DNA of 64,000 nt from Haliotis cracherodii (GCF_022045235.1 NW_027266308.1:22506001-22570000); one strand, 5' to 3'. Counted from the first letter of the stretch, positions 36,901 to 50,400 are shown. Notes: generated by a model from the sequence alone, not told the origin. Translations and numbers: made by a program.

Positions 36901-39900
36901 GAAGCCAGAGTCTAGTAAAATGATGTTCGGTCAAATAGGCTCAGATACCAATAGTCCATATACAGTAACTGAATTAAAATCTGCTGATGAAGATGCTAAG
37001 AGCCAATTTCGGGCTAGTGGATTCCAAAGTTTTTAACACAGACTGGATAATTATCATACTCATAGTATGACTGTGTAGTGTTGTATTTGTGTTGTTACCA
37101 TGGTTACAGATCCAAAAGGTGTGGCGAGGTTACTATGTCAGGAAATACATCTTTAACTACTACAGCCGTAAACGTTACCTTGAGGCATTGCAAGTGAAGA
37201 ATGAGATTTTCAGGTATGTCTCATCTGTGAGCTTGTAACATTGTATTAAACATGCAAGTGATGTTGGGACCATGTTTGTGATAATACATATATACGATGC
37301 AAGTAAGCTACACAAAGTGTATATTTACACAGAATAAAAACATACTTATAAACAACAGGACAAAGTCACTTTTTACCTACAGAATGATTGGTCTTGATTT
37401 TTTCACTATTAAATTAATATGTCACTAATGATGGATGACACACTGATCAGAAGCTGATATCCAGACATGTGACTATGGCTCAGTACAAAAAAAAGTTCCT
37501 ATCATATAATATATATGCTATTGACGTCCTAATCTTTTCTCAAAATAGAACTGAGCTGGCCGATTTCACCGAGCGACAGGCTCAGATCAGACGAAAAATG
37601 GAAGAACATGAAGAACACAGGAGACAAGCTCGGGCTGCCAGGAAGAATCACTACCTGCTGAGTACCGAGGTGATTCCTGGCATCTACAACTCCCCCTTCC
37701 AGCCGTGAGTTATCTCCGTTATTACTTACTGTCCAGCCGTGTGTTATCTCCTCTATTACTTACTGTCCAGCCATGAGTTATCTCCTCTATTATTTACTGC
37801 CTAGCCATGAGTTATCTCCTCTATTACTAACTGTCCAGCAATGAGTTATCTCCTTTATTACTTACTGTCCAGTCGTGTGTTATCTCCTCTATTACTTACT
37901 GTCCAGCCATGAGTTATCTCCTCTATTACTTACTGTCCAGCCGTGAGTTATCTCCTTTATTACTTACTGTCCAGCCGTGAGATATCTCCTTTATTACTTA
38001 CTGTCCAGTCTAGGTTATCTCCTCTATTATTTACTGCCTAGCCGTGAGTTATCTCCTTTATTACTTACTGTCCAGCCATGAGTTATCTCCTTTATTATTT
38101 ACTGTCCAGCCATGAGGTATCTCCTTTATTACTTACTGTCCAGTCGTGTGTTATCTCCTTTATTACTTACTGTCCAACCTAGGTTATCTCCTTTATAACT
38201 TACTGTCCAGTCATGTGTTATTTCCTTTATTACTTACTGTCCAGCCTAGGTTATCTCCTTTATTACTTACTGTCCAGTCTTGTGTTATCTCCTTTATAAC
38301 TTACTGTCCAGACGTGAGTTGTCTCCTTTATTACTAAATGTCCACCCATGAGTTATCTCCTTTATTATTTACTGTCCAGCCATGAGTTATCTCCTTTATT
38401 ACTTACTGTCCAGCCATGAGTTGTCTCCTTTATTACCTACTGTCCAGTCGTGTGTTATCTCCGTTATTACTTACTGTCCAACCTAGGTTATCTCCTTTAT
38501 AACTTACTGTCCAGTCATGTGTTATTTCCTTTATTACTTACTGTCCAACCTAGGTTATCTCCTTTATTACTTACTGTCCAGACGTGAGTTATCTCCTTTA
38601 TTACTTACTGTCCAGCCATGAGCTATCTCCTTTATAAGTTACTGTCCAGCCATGAGTTGTCTCCTTTATAACTTAATGTCCAGCGATGTGTTATCTCCTT
38701 TACTACTTACTGTCCAGCCGTGAGATGTCACCTTTTTCACTTACTGTCCAGCCATTTCCTTTATAACATAATGTAGGAATTAGGTCTCACTTGTATATAT
38801 ATTGTATGTTGTCTCATGAAATGTTGGCTTCTTTTGAACATCAGTCAATGCCATGATTCAGGTATCCATCTGAGCAGGAGCTCATACTACGCAGTATCAA
38901 ACCTCTTGTCCACAAGAAGAGGAAACAAAAGGCACACCTGTTTGATCCAGCATGGGCCAGTTACAACCTGCCATATATATTGTATGATGTCTCATGAAAT
39001 GTTGGCTTCTTTTGAACATCAGTCAATGCCATGATTCAGGTATCCATCTGAGCAGGAGCTCATACTACGCAGTATCAAACCTCTTGTCCACAAGAAGAGG
39101 AAACAAAAGGCACACCTGTTTGATCCAGCATGGGCCAGTTACAACCTACCACGTCCAGAGGCCCTTCCTCCAATATCCCAAAAACCTCAAGTACGTTGCT
39201 GTGTATCAGAATCGTTTTTACAAGGGATTTATGGCAAATTGTTTCATAAAAGGTTTTTATTCTCACTGATTGTGATGGGGAAAATATGATCTGAAATAAG
39301 CCATCATATTTTTGTGTAACTGTCAATTTCTAAATGAGTGATTTCTTTGGTGGTTATTGATGTTTAACTCCTGGCCTGTCATGCTGGTATTCAGACACTA
39401 GGAATTGATTTCATGTGCAGCCCTGTTCTGTGTTTCAGGGCCCATTCCGTGATCCTGAGGAAGTACAGAATCAGCGGTACAAGCCATTCCAACCCTCACT
39501 GCGAGTAGCCACGTCCTTCTACTCCCTGGAGGATGCTCGCAAAGAGATGAAGGCCGAGGAGTGGGCCACCCGCATCAATGATGATGTGTAAGTGGACTCT
39601 TCTCGGTGATTGATATTCAGACTTAGCCCAGCTGGTCTTGAGGGGCGGTGGGGTAGCCTAGTGGTTAAAGCGTTAGCTTGTCACACCATAGACCCGGGTT
39701 CAATTCCCCACATGGGTTCAATGTGTGAAGCCCATTTTCCTGGGCCCCCCACCGTGGTATTGCTGGAATATTGCTAAAAGCGGCATAAAACCATACTCAC
39801 TCACTCAGCTGGTCTTGATATGATCCTGCCCTTTCACCTTACTATAAAAATGTTGATGCCACACTTTTTACATGAATTCTTTGGTTAAAATGTTCTTCAC

Positions 39901-41819
39901 ATGTGCAATTGTAATTATACTTTGTATATAATTTAATTAGTATGTCAGTTAATCTTGGTATAGAATGTTGGTCTTTTTATTGTGTGTGTCTGTTTGATCT
40001 TTTATTTAAAGCCTCATGTTTGTTTTTTGGTAGTAAAGATGATAGAAACTGAAAGTCAGCCATTGACATTTCGTAACTAAACTTATTTCTGCTATATTTT
40101 CTGGATTAGGTTTGTGCCATTTTCAAGAAGACACATGTCTTATGATCCACTGCTGCACACCACCTCCAAGTTCGGCCACCTGCCGTATGGAACCAAGTAC
40201 TTCAGGGAGGAGTTCATGGACAAACATGTCTCCCATCAGGTATGGATCACGATCTGTTCACTGTGGGGCATCCTCTATATCTCCGGGGATTCCATATCGG
40301 TAAACCTACACTAACTCCTGGATCCATTCCAATGGCTGTGACCTCAATTACCCGCGCTTGAATTCCATAGGCAATTTCAATTGCTACGCTACTCAGTTTA
40401 ACTGACCAATCAGAATACGAGTTACAAACCAGCCTCAATTTTAGGTTGGCGATATGAACAACATTACGTCCAGACCCATTGATTACAATAGAGTTTGTTA
40501 GAGATTCAACTTGAAAAACCGACACTCGCAAAGGAAAGTCCTCAGAAACCTTTTTGGTGGAAAGGATGTCTTCACTGGTAGTGGCAAGTCCTCCATATTC
40601 ATTTCCTTTTTCCTTATCTCGACAAAATGTTGATTAAATTCAAGGGTGATTCTACCATGACATTAATGAATGCTTGGTTCTGATTGATTAAAAAGAGGTT
40701 TCCTTTTTGCTACGGAAACCCCTTTCAAATATATTAAGCCTTTTCACAAAAAATGTGCGCATGAATACATAGAAAGCATACATATCGATTCATGAAAAAT
40801 GGCTGACAATCGATCACCCCCATTTAAACTGTAAAATGAATCTTTATTTCCTCTAATACACACTGGGTCTCTAATACCAGCCAGGTCTATAAAACACGCC
40901 AAGTCAAGGGCTCTCGCGAAATTAATAGATGGTGTAGCATCAAATAGAGGAAATACAGTAGTTTGATATCAGATGTTTGGGGGCGTTCTAGGCCACAAAC
41001 CTGACTGCTTCGATGATGACAAGATTAAACAAAGGCATATCTTTTGCATACAAATGAAATGTTTATGAAACTGTTAGAGAAATGTTCTATGGTGAACAGA
41101 ATCAGAACGATTTAAGCTATTTCCTCATTGAAATAACCGACAATGAAAGTAAAATATAACATTATAAAAATTGTTTGAAAAAACTTTATTCATGACAACA
41201 TGTTGTTTACAAACCTTTTTCTGATCGATATTTGTTGCCAACCACCACCGTTAGAATTTGGCAGGAGGGGATTTCAAAGTCCATCAGAAAACACTCCCCT
41301 TTGAAAGTCCACAAAAACAATGTCCCAACTGAAGCGACAGCTTATCAAACTCGATGAAATTCATTTCAGAACACGCACAAAAAGTGCTCGGTTCAAAATT
41401 AAAATAAAGAGGTATCTACTCTACAGTGGGACTACATCAAATTTCAAAACACAGTAGGTTTATGTCCTAATTAATTTTAGATCATGAGAACCACAGGGCT
41501 GGATCCAGGGTTAGTGTAGGGTTACTGAAATAAAAGCCTTGGAGATACAGAGGATGACTTTGGGTGGGAAACTAAAGCAAATAAATCCTCAGCAAGTCTA
41601 GGAGTTTTAAGGCTTTGTGGACCCATGGTGTTATATTTCATATCCAATGACACTTGTGTGAGATTCTAAATATGCTTCCAATGTTTTTCTGTAGATACTG
41701 TACAGCTTTGTTTTACTAACACGGCCATTTATCATTTCTTTCAGAATTTCAAGACTCTTGTACAACCGGTTCCAATCTTTGACAAGCTCAATGACACATA
41801 TTCACAAGGCCAGGTCTAG
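33958..41819 (+). CDS. SPATA17: Spermatogenesis-associated protein 17 (IQ-motif protein); 10 exons, 351 aa
   Basis: Exons 33958-34025, 35516-35605, 36316-36397, 36576-36626, 37110-37213, 37549-37704, 39040-39190, 39439-39587, 40110-40239, 41745-41819 (1056 nt). Three IQ motifs (VQAWFRG, VQKTWRG, IQKVWRG), HYLLSTEVIPGIYNSPF, QGPFRDPEEVQNQRYKP. Confidence 0.93.
34381..34484. mobile_element. Palindromic MITE (about 100 bp)
   Basis: CCATCTTCCCGAGGCAA ... TTGCCTCGGGAAGATGG inverted ends; a similar end occurs at about 63859-63878. Confidence 0.6.
35021..35330 (+). mobile_element. Family A SINE carrying a nested family B SINE (35073-35234)
   Basis: Family A head and tail are separated by a family B copy bounded by TSD TAGAGGCA (35065-35072, 35235-35242). 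Confidence 0.85.
35904..36112 (+). mobile_element. SINE family D (degenerate tRNA head, possibly V-domain type)
   Basis: 13-bp TSD TCAAATTAGTTTA (35891-35903, 36113-36125); shared tail CGCCATGATATAACTGGAAA..AAAAGTGGCGTTAAAC. Confidence 0.75.
37698..38765. repeat. 34-bp minisatellite (about 31 units) starting at the SPATA17 exon 6 donor
   Basis: Unit TCCAGCC(G/A)TGAGTTATCTCCTTTATTACTTACTG; the first unit overlaps the exon end. Confidence 0.97.
38795..39150 (+). repeat. 178-bp tandem duplication of the SPATA17 intron 6 acceptor and 5' part of exon 7
   Basis: 38795-38972 versus 38973-39150; two mismatches seen. Confidence 0.95.
39642..39805 (+). mobile_element. tRNA-derived SINE family B
   Basis: A and B boxes, (CTCA)n tail, 13-bp TSD CAGCTGGTCTTGA (39629-39641, 39806-39818). 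Confidence 0.92.
40649..41462. mobile_element. Non-autonomous DNA element, same family as 45310-45599; contains a short nested MITE near 40830-40960
   Basis: Ends ATTCTACCATGACATT...CTGATTG and ...CAAAACACAGTAGGTTTA recur in inverted orientation at 45310-45599. Confidence 0.65.
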
Positions 41820-42734
41820 CATGAACATTTATATATTGATAAACAAACCAAATGTGATATTTACAATTATTGAAGTCATATGTAGGATTTAGAAACAAAT
41901 CAGCTTAAGACCACAGAATCAGCCTAATGGCGTTACAAAACAATAACACATTAATGTTGACAAATGTTTAAGGCTGTTGCAGTATGATGCAGTTGGTATG
42001 ATAAAATCTTTGAATGTTATCCATTTTATGTAATTGTATAAAGTATGTAAATACCCTTGTATGTAAGTAGAAGTGTTTATCTGTAGTGAAAATACAATTG
42101 TGAGACTGATCATAGCTTCCCATGATGGTCTTGTTACCAGGTTTTGTATAAAGCCAGTATAAACTGTGATATGATTGGCATGTAAACATTGTTAACAGTC
42201 ACAATTATTAGGTCTATGATGTTGCAAGTCATACTTTTGTTTGGTTACATTTATTCCTTTTGTTTTGCATGAAAGCATAAATAACAGAGCTAATGAGGCA
42301 ATGGTGATTTAAACAAATATATTTTTTATTATGCCACCTGATTGCCGATCAAAATAGGTGTTGGTGTTTGTTGGTTGATGTTCAAGTTAGAAGATAGAAC
42401 TTCATCTGACTGTTTGCATCAAGACAGTTGTCATCATTTCATAGCTGTATTTTGTTGTTTTGAACAATAGCTATATAGTCACACACATGCTTGTGGATTT
42501 GGATATTTATTATGAAAAACCATGTTTGAATTGCATTTTAATGTTCATGAATCCGTCCATAGACAATAAATGAAATGTACTGGAGAATAAAACTTGTGTT
42601 GTGTGGTTGATGCTTATTCATGATCACGACCATCATCTTTGGTGCAACCCCTACATCATCTTGTTCAGCATCAGGGAGCTGTACTAAAACCAGTTTGGAA
42701 CAAGAGCTTGTATGACAAAACCTCATCTTGTGAC

Positions 42735-43300
42735 CAACATATGACACTGCCACAAAACATTTACAGATTAACAGTCATGTGACCATCAGAAGAGTGAGTT
42801 AAATATAACGTCGCATTGGCACTATTTCAGCCACATAGGGAACCATCAGAAGAGACAACCAGAACAATTACAGTCATGTGACCATCAGAAGAGACAACCA
42901 GAATGATTAGTCATGTGTCCATCATATGACACTACCAGAATAACATTTACAGTCATGTGACCATCTTATGACACGACTAGAATAAAATTTACAGATTTAG
43001 TCATGTGACCATCATATGACACTTCCGGAATAATATTTACAGATTTACAGTCATGTGACCAGCAGAAGCGACAAACAATAATTAGTCATGTGACCATCAT
43101 ATGACACTACCAGAATAACATTTACAGTCATGTGACCATCATATGACACTACCAGAATAACATTTACAGTCAGGTGACCATCATATGACACTACCAGAAT
43201 AACATTTATAGTCATGTGACCATCAGAAGCGACAAACAGAATAATTACAGTCTTATGACCATCATGTGACACTTTATGTGACCAACATGACACAATCAGA
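42735..43300. repeat. About 42-bp degenerate minisatellite
   Basis: Unit CAGTCATGTGACCATCATATGACACTACCAGAATAACATTTA (for example 43125, 43167). Confidence 0.9.
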
Positions 43301-44919
43301 ACAATTTGTTATGTGACAATCGTAATGATACAACAAGAACAAATAGCCTTCACACAACACAACCAGAACATCATTTAGTAATGTGACCTTAATATAACAC
43401 AACCAGATGAATTACAGTTTAAAAGACCCAACCAGTACCATATTAATGGTTTTCAATATTGCTGTCATGACAGCCATATTGAAAATCTGATTAGAACCTC
43501 TTGGACAAGTTCAGGCCATTACTTGGTGTAACAAGTTTGCCATACTGCTACCTTATTGGTCCAGTTAGTGGGTTCATAGTCGATAATTATTGACAGCAAC
43601 TAATAACATTATTGGATTATTGGGGGTCAAAAACCTGACGGGCTGAAGGTCCCTTGTGCTGTCCTTGATGGCTGACAATGTTTTGGGCTTGGTCCGCCAA
43701 AGGTAACTGACAAGCTCATCAAATTGGTCCAATGGTGGTCTGTTGTCAGTCCCGTTTTGACCTGCTTGAACTTATTTAGGTGTTTCCTCCTAAACAACAC
43801 AATGCACAATGGTGAAACTTTACTTGGAACATCCAGTTGATGATGGCCTCTAACAGTTGGTTTCATGGCAAATATATGTCAAAACATACTTTTCATTATG
43901 CATCACCATATGTACAGACAATACAATGAAATGTGGTTATATGGGTTTAAGATATGTTTTTCCAGTGTTTGCACATACTTTTATTAGTGACAACAGTTTT
44001 GCTTTAGCGAATTATACCATTTGGCCATGATATTTGACCTTCTAATGACAAATGACATGAAACAGTATACATGTGGTCCTGACAGGTTCCAGTCTCTTGA
44101 GTATAACAGATATGCTTTCTGAAAAGTAGTTGGCTGTGATGCAATAGATTCTGAGATAAAAAGTGAAAAATAATTATGCAATATTGTCCACAGCACTGAA
44201 GTTGTCTGATCATTATGATGCCTTCAATAAATTTAAATCTACCAATATCCATACACCATTTTAAGTAAAAGTCCAACATTTTAAACAAACTATGATGCAA
44301 TCATTAGAAGAAACATGCCAAACATCAGTTTCATCTGTAAACCAGTTTCAGAGAAGGTGCTCACAGGGCAGAGAAAGCATTTGTAAAGAAATTCATGGCT
44401 TGGTAAAAGTGTGTAGGTCAGATCAAAAACAAATTACATAATATCACTAAAAGCAGAATATATATATATACATTAAACCCTTTACAAGACATATACCAAA
44501 TTCCCTTAAATTGTTTTAAAAAAGATGGCCATTTTATATATTTTTTAAATGTGGCTACAATTAGAGTCATTTGAAATTTGGGTTTTAACTTAAAGAACAA
44601 ATTCAGATGTCCTTATCAGTGAGAACAAGTATGCCAAGTAGGTTTCTAGGGAGATATTTACAGATGCTGTCCCCGACCAACAAGGCCATGATTTTCCGTC
44701 AGGTGAGCTACAATTGGCTTTCACTGTGAAAACATTGGTTATTTTAATGCAACCCACGAACACACATACAGTGCTGGTCATGCTGGCAATATATACAATG
44801 TGGAATTCAACCCCACTAGTAGCAGATCCTGCTAGCGAAAAGATGTAACACATCATTTCCAAGACCTTCGATTAATCTGAAAGATCAATGAATGTCAACA
44901 CTGAACATCCATGTTCATT

Positions 44920-45086
44920 AGTGAGTGAGTGAGTATGGTTTTACGCCGCTTTTGGCAATATTCCAGCAATATCACCGCGGGGGACACCAGAAATGGGCTT
45001 CACACATTGTACCCATGTCGGGAATTGAACCCGGGTCTTCTGCGTGACGAGCAAACGTTTTAACCACTAGGCTACCCGACCGCCCG
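44920..45086 (-). mobile_element. tRNA-derived SINE family B
   Basis: (TGAG)n tail, reverse-complement A and B boxes, TSD CATGTTC. Confidence 0.9.
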
Positions 45087-45219
45087 TCATGTTCTGTAGA
45101 ATGATCTAATCATCAGAATTACAAGCAATGTAATCCATGCCAATCAAAGAATCACATCATTGTACTCATGGTTGTTCTTTAGTGACATGAACACACACAT
45201 CTCACACTGTGTTTAAAAT

Positions 45220-45832
45220 CCTCCGTGGTCTAGTAGTAGAGTGTCTGCCCCGAGAGCGGAAGGTTCAGGGTTTGATCCCCAGCCATGTCATACCAAAGAC
45301 ATTTAGGAGGTAAACCTACTGTGTTTTGAAATTTGATGTAACCCCACTGTAGAGTAGATACCTCTTATTTTAATTTTGAACCGAGTGCTTTAGCGCAAGG
45401 TTTCAAATGTATAAATAAGAGGTATCTACATTACAATGGGACTACATCAAATTTGAAACACAGTAGATTTACTCCATTCTACCATGACGGCAACATTTTT
45501 GGGGCAAAAAGGCTTAATATATTTGAAAGGGTATCCGTAGCAAAAAGGAAACCTTTTTAACCAATCAGAATCAAGCATTCCTCAATGTCATGGTAGAATA
45601 AAAGATGGTGCTGGGCATTAAGGGGCTAAAACAAGAACTGTTTGGCTTGGAGTCAGTATACCGTGTCAGAGTGAGGTATTCATGTTAAACTGCAGGATGG
45701 TATCTCAGTGGGATAGCACTATATGATAACATCACTCCAGACTAGTACCAGCAGCCACAGACACACATGCATGCTATATGAGTCCAATAATTTTGGACGC
45801 AATGTTAAACCCTACTTCACCTCACCTCATCT
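45220..45832 (+). mobile_element. SINE family C interrupted by a DNA element (about 45310-45599)
   Basis: Head up to GTCATACCAAAGACATTTA, then resumes AAAGATGGTG... and ends in the (CACCT)n tail. Confidence 0.8.
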
Positions 45833-46835
45833 CACACTTGAACATATTCTTGTGCTAAGGTATGGGTATCATTGTTTTACAGTGTGTTACAGCAGGTCAC
45901 TTATGTACCTGCAATAGCTTTCTTGAATAAAACTTTCTGCCTGTTTATATGCCAAGGATTTATCTAGACATGATCCGAGGATAATATTCAGCCCCAAAAT
46001 GTTCAAGATTGGAACAATGATTTTCCCAGTTGTAAGTGATGTTATGGCTTTGTCAGAGACAACCTGTATTACACAGATAGGACCAATACAGAGGAAGTGA
46101 CATTGATAATTAGTTTTACATTGAGTGTATGATAAATACTTCGAGATCAAAGAAATTAATAAAAATAAAATGTATAAATATATCCAAATTATGAAGAAAA
46201 TAACATTTAAATAACTTAGTTTAAATTTGTGACAACTCCCTGTATGCACCCCACTTTATCTTTTAAACATATATGTCAAATAGTTCCATACCCAGAAATA
46301 ATGTATAGAACTGGTACTTTAAAAAATATATTCTTCTTTCATTACAGGGTGGAAACATTGTTTTGATCATTTTAATATCAGTTCATATTGAAATGAAACC
46401 AAAAAACACAAAGAAAATATGATATGAAATTTATTTCAAAACCCATAATGCACCATGACACAATATTGGACGGAATGCATGTGACAACAGAATAATGTGT
46501 GTTCTATCTGTCTATACAATGTACTATGCTGTGTATCAGAACCAGATCTGATAACAACCAAACTTAACATCACAGCATCATCCTGATAACAGTTCAGTTT
46601 GTTATGGCACCGTCATTTATAGCAATTCGGCTAGAATATTGACATGACAGACATGGAGAAACTGTAAAAGAAGTCAAACAATATGAGAGAGGGTCATGAA
46701 AATTGGCCATGCATTTGAAAAAGAAATGATGAACATTTGGGGAAGGTAATCTTTACTGGCAGCTTCACTCCAGCCCAATCCTGAACAAAGGAACTTGATG
46801 CAATGTCAGCAATATTACAGCAGTCTGTGTTTGCG

Positions 46836-47029
46836 TGTTTGTTTGTTGTTTAACGCCGCACTCAGCAATATTCCAGCTATATGACGGCAGTCTGTAAATA
46901 CTCGAGTCTGGACCAGACAATCCAGTAATTGACGTCATGAGCATCGATCCTCGCAATTTGGATACAATGACATGCATCAACCAAGTCAGCGAGCCTGACC
47001 ACCCGATCCCGTTAGTCGCCTCTTACGAC
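46836..47029 (-). mobile_element. SINE-like family A, 5'-truncated
   Basis: Consensus body up to GTCGCCTCTTACGAC. Confidence 0.88.
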
Positions 47030-47410
47030 TGCCAGTATAAACCACTGCAGGATCTTCATTCACATCACACTTTACTGGCGAGGTAATGTCTAGCTTAATT
47101 AATTTTTACTAAAGGTTTTGTAGTACATTCATCCTGTCCTAAGGAAGACCCACATATCAACCCAACATGGCCAACAATGTAGGTCTATAGTTTAAACGTT
47201 TTGAAATGTAGGTCTTCAATAATCTTGCAGAAACGTTTGGAAAAGAGGCATGTTAAGCATGGTCTAAAACTCAAAGTCATCAGTGGTCAATGCAAGTCCA
47301 AATCGTGACAATCCATTCTCACTCCCCTGGTTCATGGTTCAGTGTGGCTTTGTTTAATGTAATAAAGTAGTGAGTCAATTATCCGGCCAGTGTTGTAGAC
47401 ACTTTAATAA

Positions 47411-50400
47411 TCAGACAACTTCATTAATAGATTCGTGTTCCTTGAATTCCTCTTTCTCCACGTCGGAGATCATCTCTGACGTCACCTCAGTGAACAGTCG
47501 ATCCCAGTCCCATGGGCGGTCCTCCTACAAACATTATTTACAGATCGCCGTCATATAGGGGAAAATTGCTAATGACACAAACAAACATAATAATAGGACA
47601 ATAATAGTCCAGTTATATGGCACTTTTCCCTGATGGATATCACATGCTCAAAGCGCACAGAGAACTACTACCTCGGTCAATTGATCAGCGTGCAGTCCAT
47701 TCTCTACTCCTTGGGGAGTATATAATCCATGCTGCCTGTTTGGCGCTAGAAGGTTAAACTACCATCAGATCTCAGTGCTCACTACAGCTACACAAAGATC
47801 TGAGGACATCTAATTACAGGTCACGTCAGAACGCCCTTTGGTGAGCTTTACTAGTTTAAGCTGTAAAGTTCTTGATTCAAAAGAAAATTCTGTAATGTCT
47901 TATAGATGGCTGAGCTATGGACAGTCTCTTCTGCTTCAAATGATTGTCCAATTGAAGCGATAAATTGATCATAATGTCATACATCCCGAAACTGTCATTC
48001 TTTGCCTCACGTTAACATTTTCGATGTTGCATGATTTGAAAACATATTCAGACTTTCAAGTTTGCGAACTCAGTAAGCAAAGCTCTGATTGGTCGGACGA
48101 AAGTTTGATCTGATGTGACCTGTGAGCACTAAGATCTGATTTTAATGAGATTGACATTCAATGGAATTGTTAACAATATTCACACAAACAAGTAGGTTGG
48201 TTTTGATGCCTAACATGTTCTATTGGAGACTCACCTCTATTAAGTCTTGTTCTGGTGAAATAGCCTTTGTTAATAATTTGAGATCTATCTCATTATCCTG
48301 AAACACAAACCATAAACAAGGATAGATAACAACATACAAATACCACCATGTACTTCCTTCCCCAAAACATACTTCAAGACCTTGACCTTAATAAAGACCT
48401 CAATCAACAACAATTACCAAAATTTATGATTGTAGAACTACAATACATTTGTAAAAGTATTACTTGTCCCCAACTTGATTCAAATAAAGCTGTTTTCTAT
48501 ACAAAAAATCCATAATCCCCCATTTATATATTAATGGGCGGTTCACTGAACCATTGTATTCTTGGGCAGTTTTTATAGCTACTTACCTGAGTAAAATTAT
48601 GACACAATTAATAAATAGAAATAACTGTCAGTTATAACAGTCCATAGGATATTAGTGTGTTGTCAGTATTTAGCAGAAACTATTTATATATCACTCCTGA
48701 CTGCAAATTTTGGTACATGGCTTTCTTTGTTGACAATTTAAACCGATAACTATGTATCCAGGTGAGCTACAGTGCTGCAGCACAATTTGTATTTCTAATA
48801 TATGATTTTAACAAGACAGAAACATACTCAGCTAATCACTTCTATTTAGCAATTGAATGCCTGGGAATGTTAACAGCTGAAACCTCCAGCCAAAGGCACT
48901 GTTTCCAAAGAGATTCCTAAACACAATACCGGTACATTCTGAAAACAAATCTATAAACATCCTAGATAATGATGTTAGCTCAAAAACAAAAGTCCATACC
49001 AGTGTGAGGAATGCTGCTTGTCGCAGGAGATCATTGTCCAGCTCTCTGTATGTGGCCACTCGGTTGACCGAGACACTGTGGGAGTCAGTAACAATCAGTG
49101 GTCAGATGGTGTGGTCAAACAAGCAAACAATTCATATCAAATCCGTACAAAACATGAAATAGTTTTTAACTTGGTCTTCAAATAAATATAGATCAGTTAA
49201 CATTTCTTTATTGTTCCTTCTCAAAAGAAACTACTTGTAAGTAAATCATAGTTTTAAAATATATTGTTACCATTCACCAAACATATCAGTTAAACATTAA
49301 AGACTAGTATTTGTCTTGACAAGAATTTCAACAATTTTTTGGCCATCACCAAACGCTGATGTTTGTTTATAATAAGAAACAAGTTGTATGTGCATGCAAG
49401 GTCCAGTTCCACACAGTGATCTTAGATATACCGAATGTCGTAAGTCTTCGTTAGAGTATGGGAGTTACAGTCATCCTAGACAGGGGTGTTCAATCAGTAT
49501 GTCTGACTTGCCCGACCCATGAGATAAAGTGCCGGGCAAGTGGGAAAATATAATTTAGTGCCCCTGGGCAAGTATGAAAATTGGAAATATTAACCTTGTA
49601 ACTAGAAGATACATCATGTTTTTGTCTACTGCAGATGAAGTACCTGACTAGTCATTTTTCTATTCTCTTTAAAATGTGACCTTGAAGGAATATCACCTAT
49701 CACATTACTGCTTGTCGCCCAAGCTTGAAAAGAATTAGGTTTCTGAAGCCAAAGTGGGGAGGCAAGTCTGCGACGGGTAGGTCCTTAGATGTAGTAATAC
49801 AGGATAAGCATACAAATGTATAAATATTTAGATTTTACTAAATGTTTTACTTATCCTGCAGTACTCCTTAATGCATCTGCATCAGACGGTATGGACAAGG
49901 GTATACCTTCAGATGTCCAAGAAACAGCCTCAATAACTCACACCCAAAAGGAGGCACATGTTTGTCAATTAACCGTAAGGTGGAAAGAGCATTAAAACAC
50001 CATTACTGTGCACCCCTTTGACTCCTTGATCATTCTCGACTTGCAGGATCCATACCTGCATATACCTATCCATAATGCAGGATAAGTAAAATAATTAATA
50101 TTTTCTTCTTTTCTCTGATTTAGCAGGGCATGCTGAGAATCAGACAGGACAGTATAAGTTTGAAATTTACTTGCCCTTGGGCAAGTTTCAAATTGTGGTA
50201 TTTTAACACCCCTGTCTTAGCGCTGAGATCGTTTTAGTTTGTTTCTTTGCTGAAACACATTGCTCAGCAATATTCCAGCTATATGACGGCGATAACAAAC
50301 CGAGACAATCCAGTGATTGATATCATGAGCATCTATCCATGCAATTGGGGTACGATGACATGAATCAACCAAGTCAGTGAGCCTGACCACCTGATCAAGT

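Noticed and set aside
37698-38765. CRISPR-like appearance of the 34-bp array (also the 42-, 69- and 81-bp arrays)
   Set aside because: Units are head-to-tail with no unique spacers, there are no cas genes, and the context is eukaryotic.
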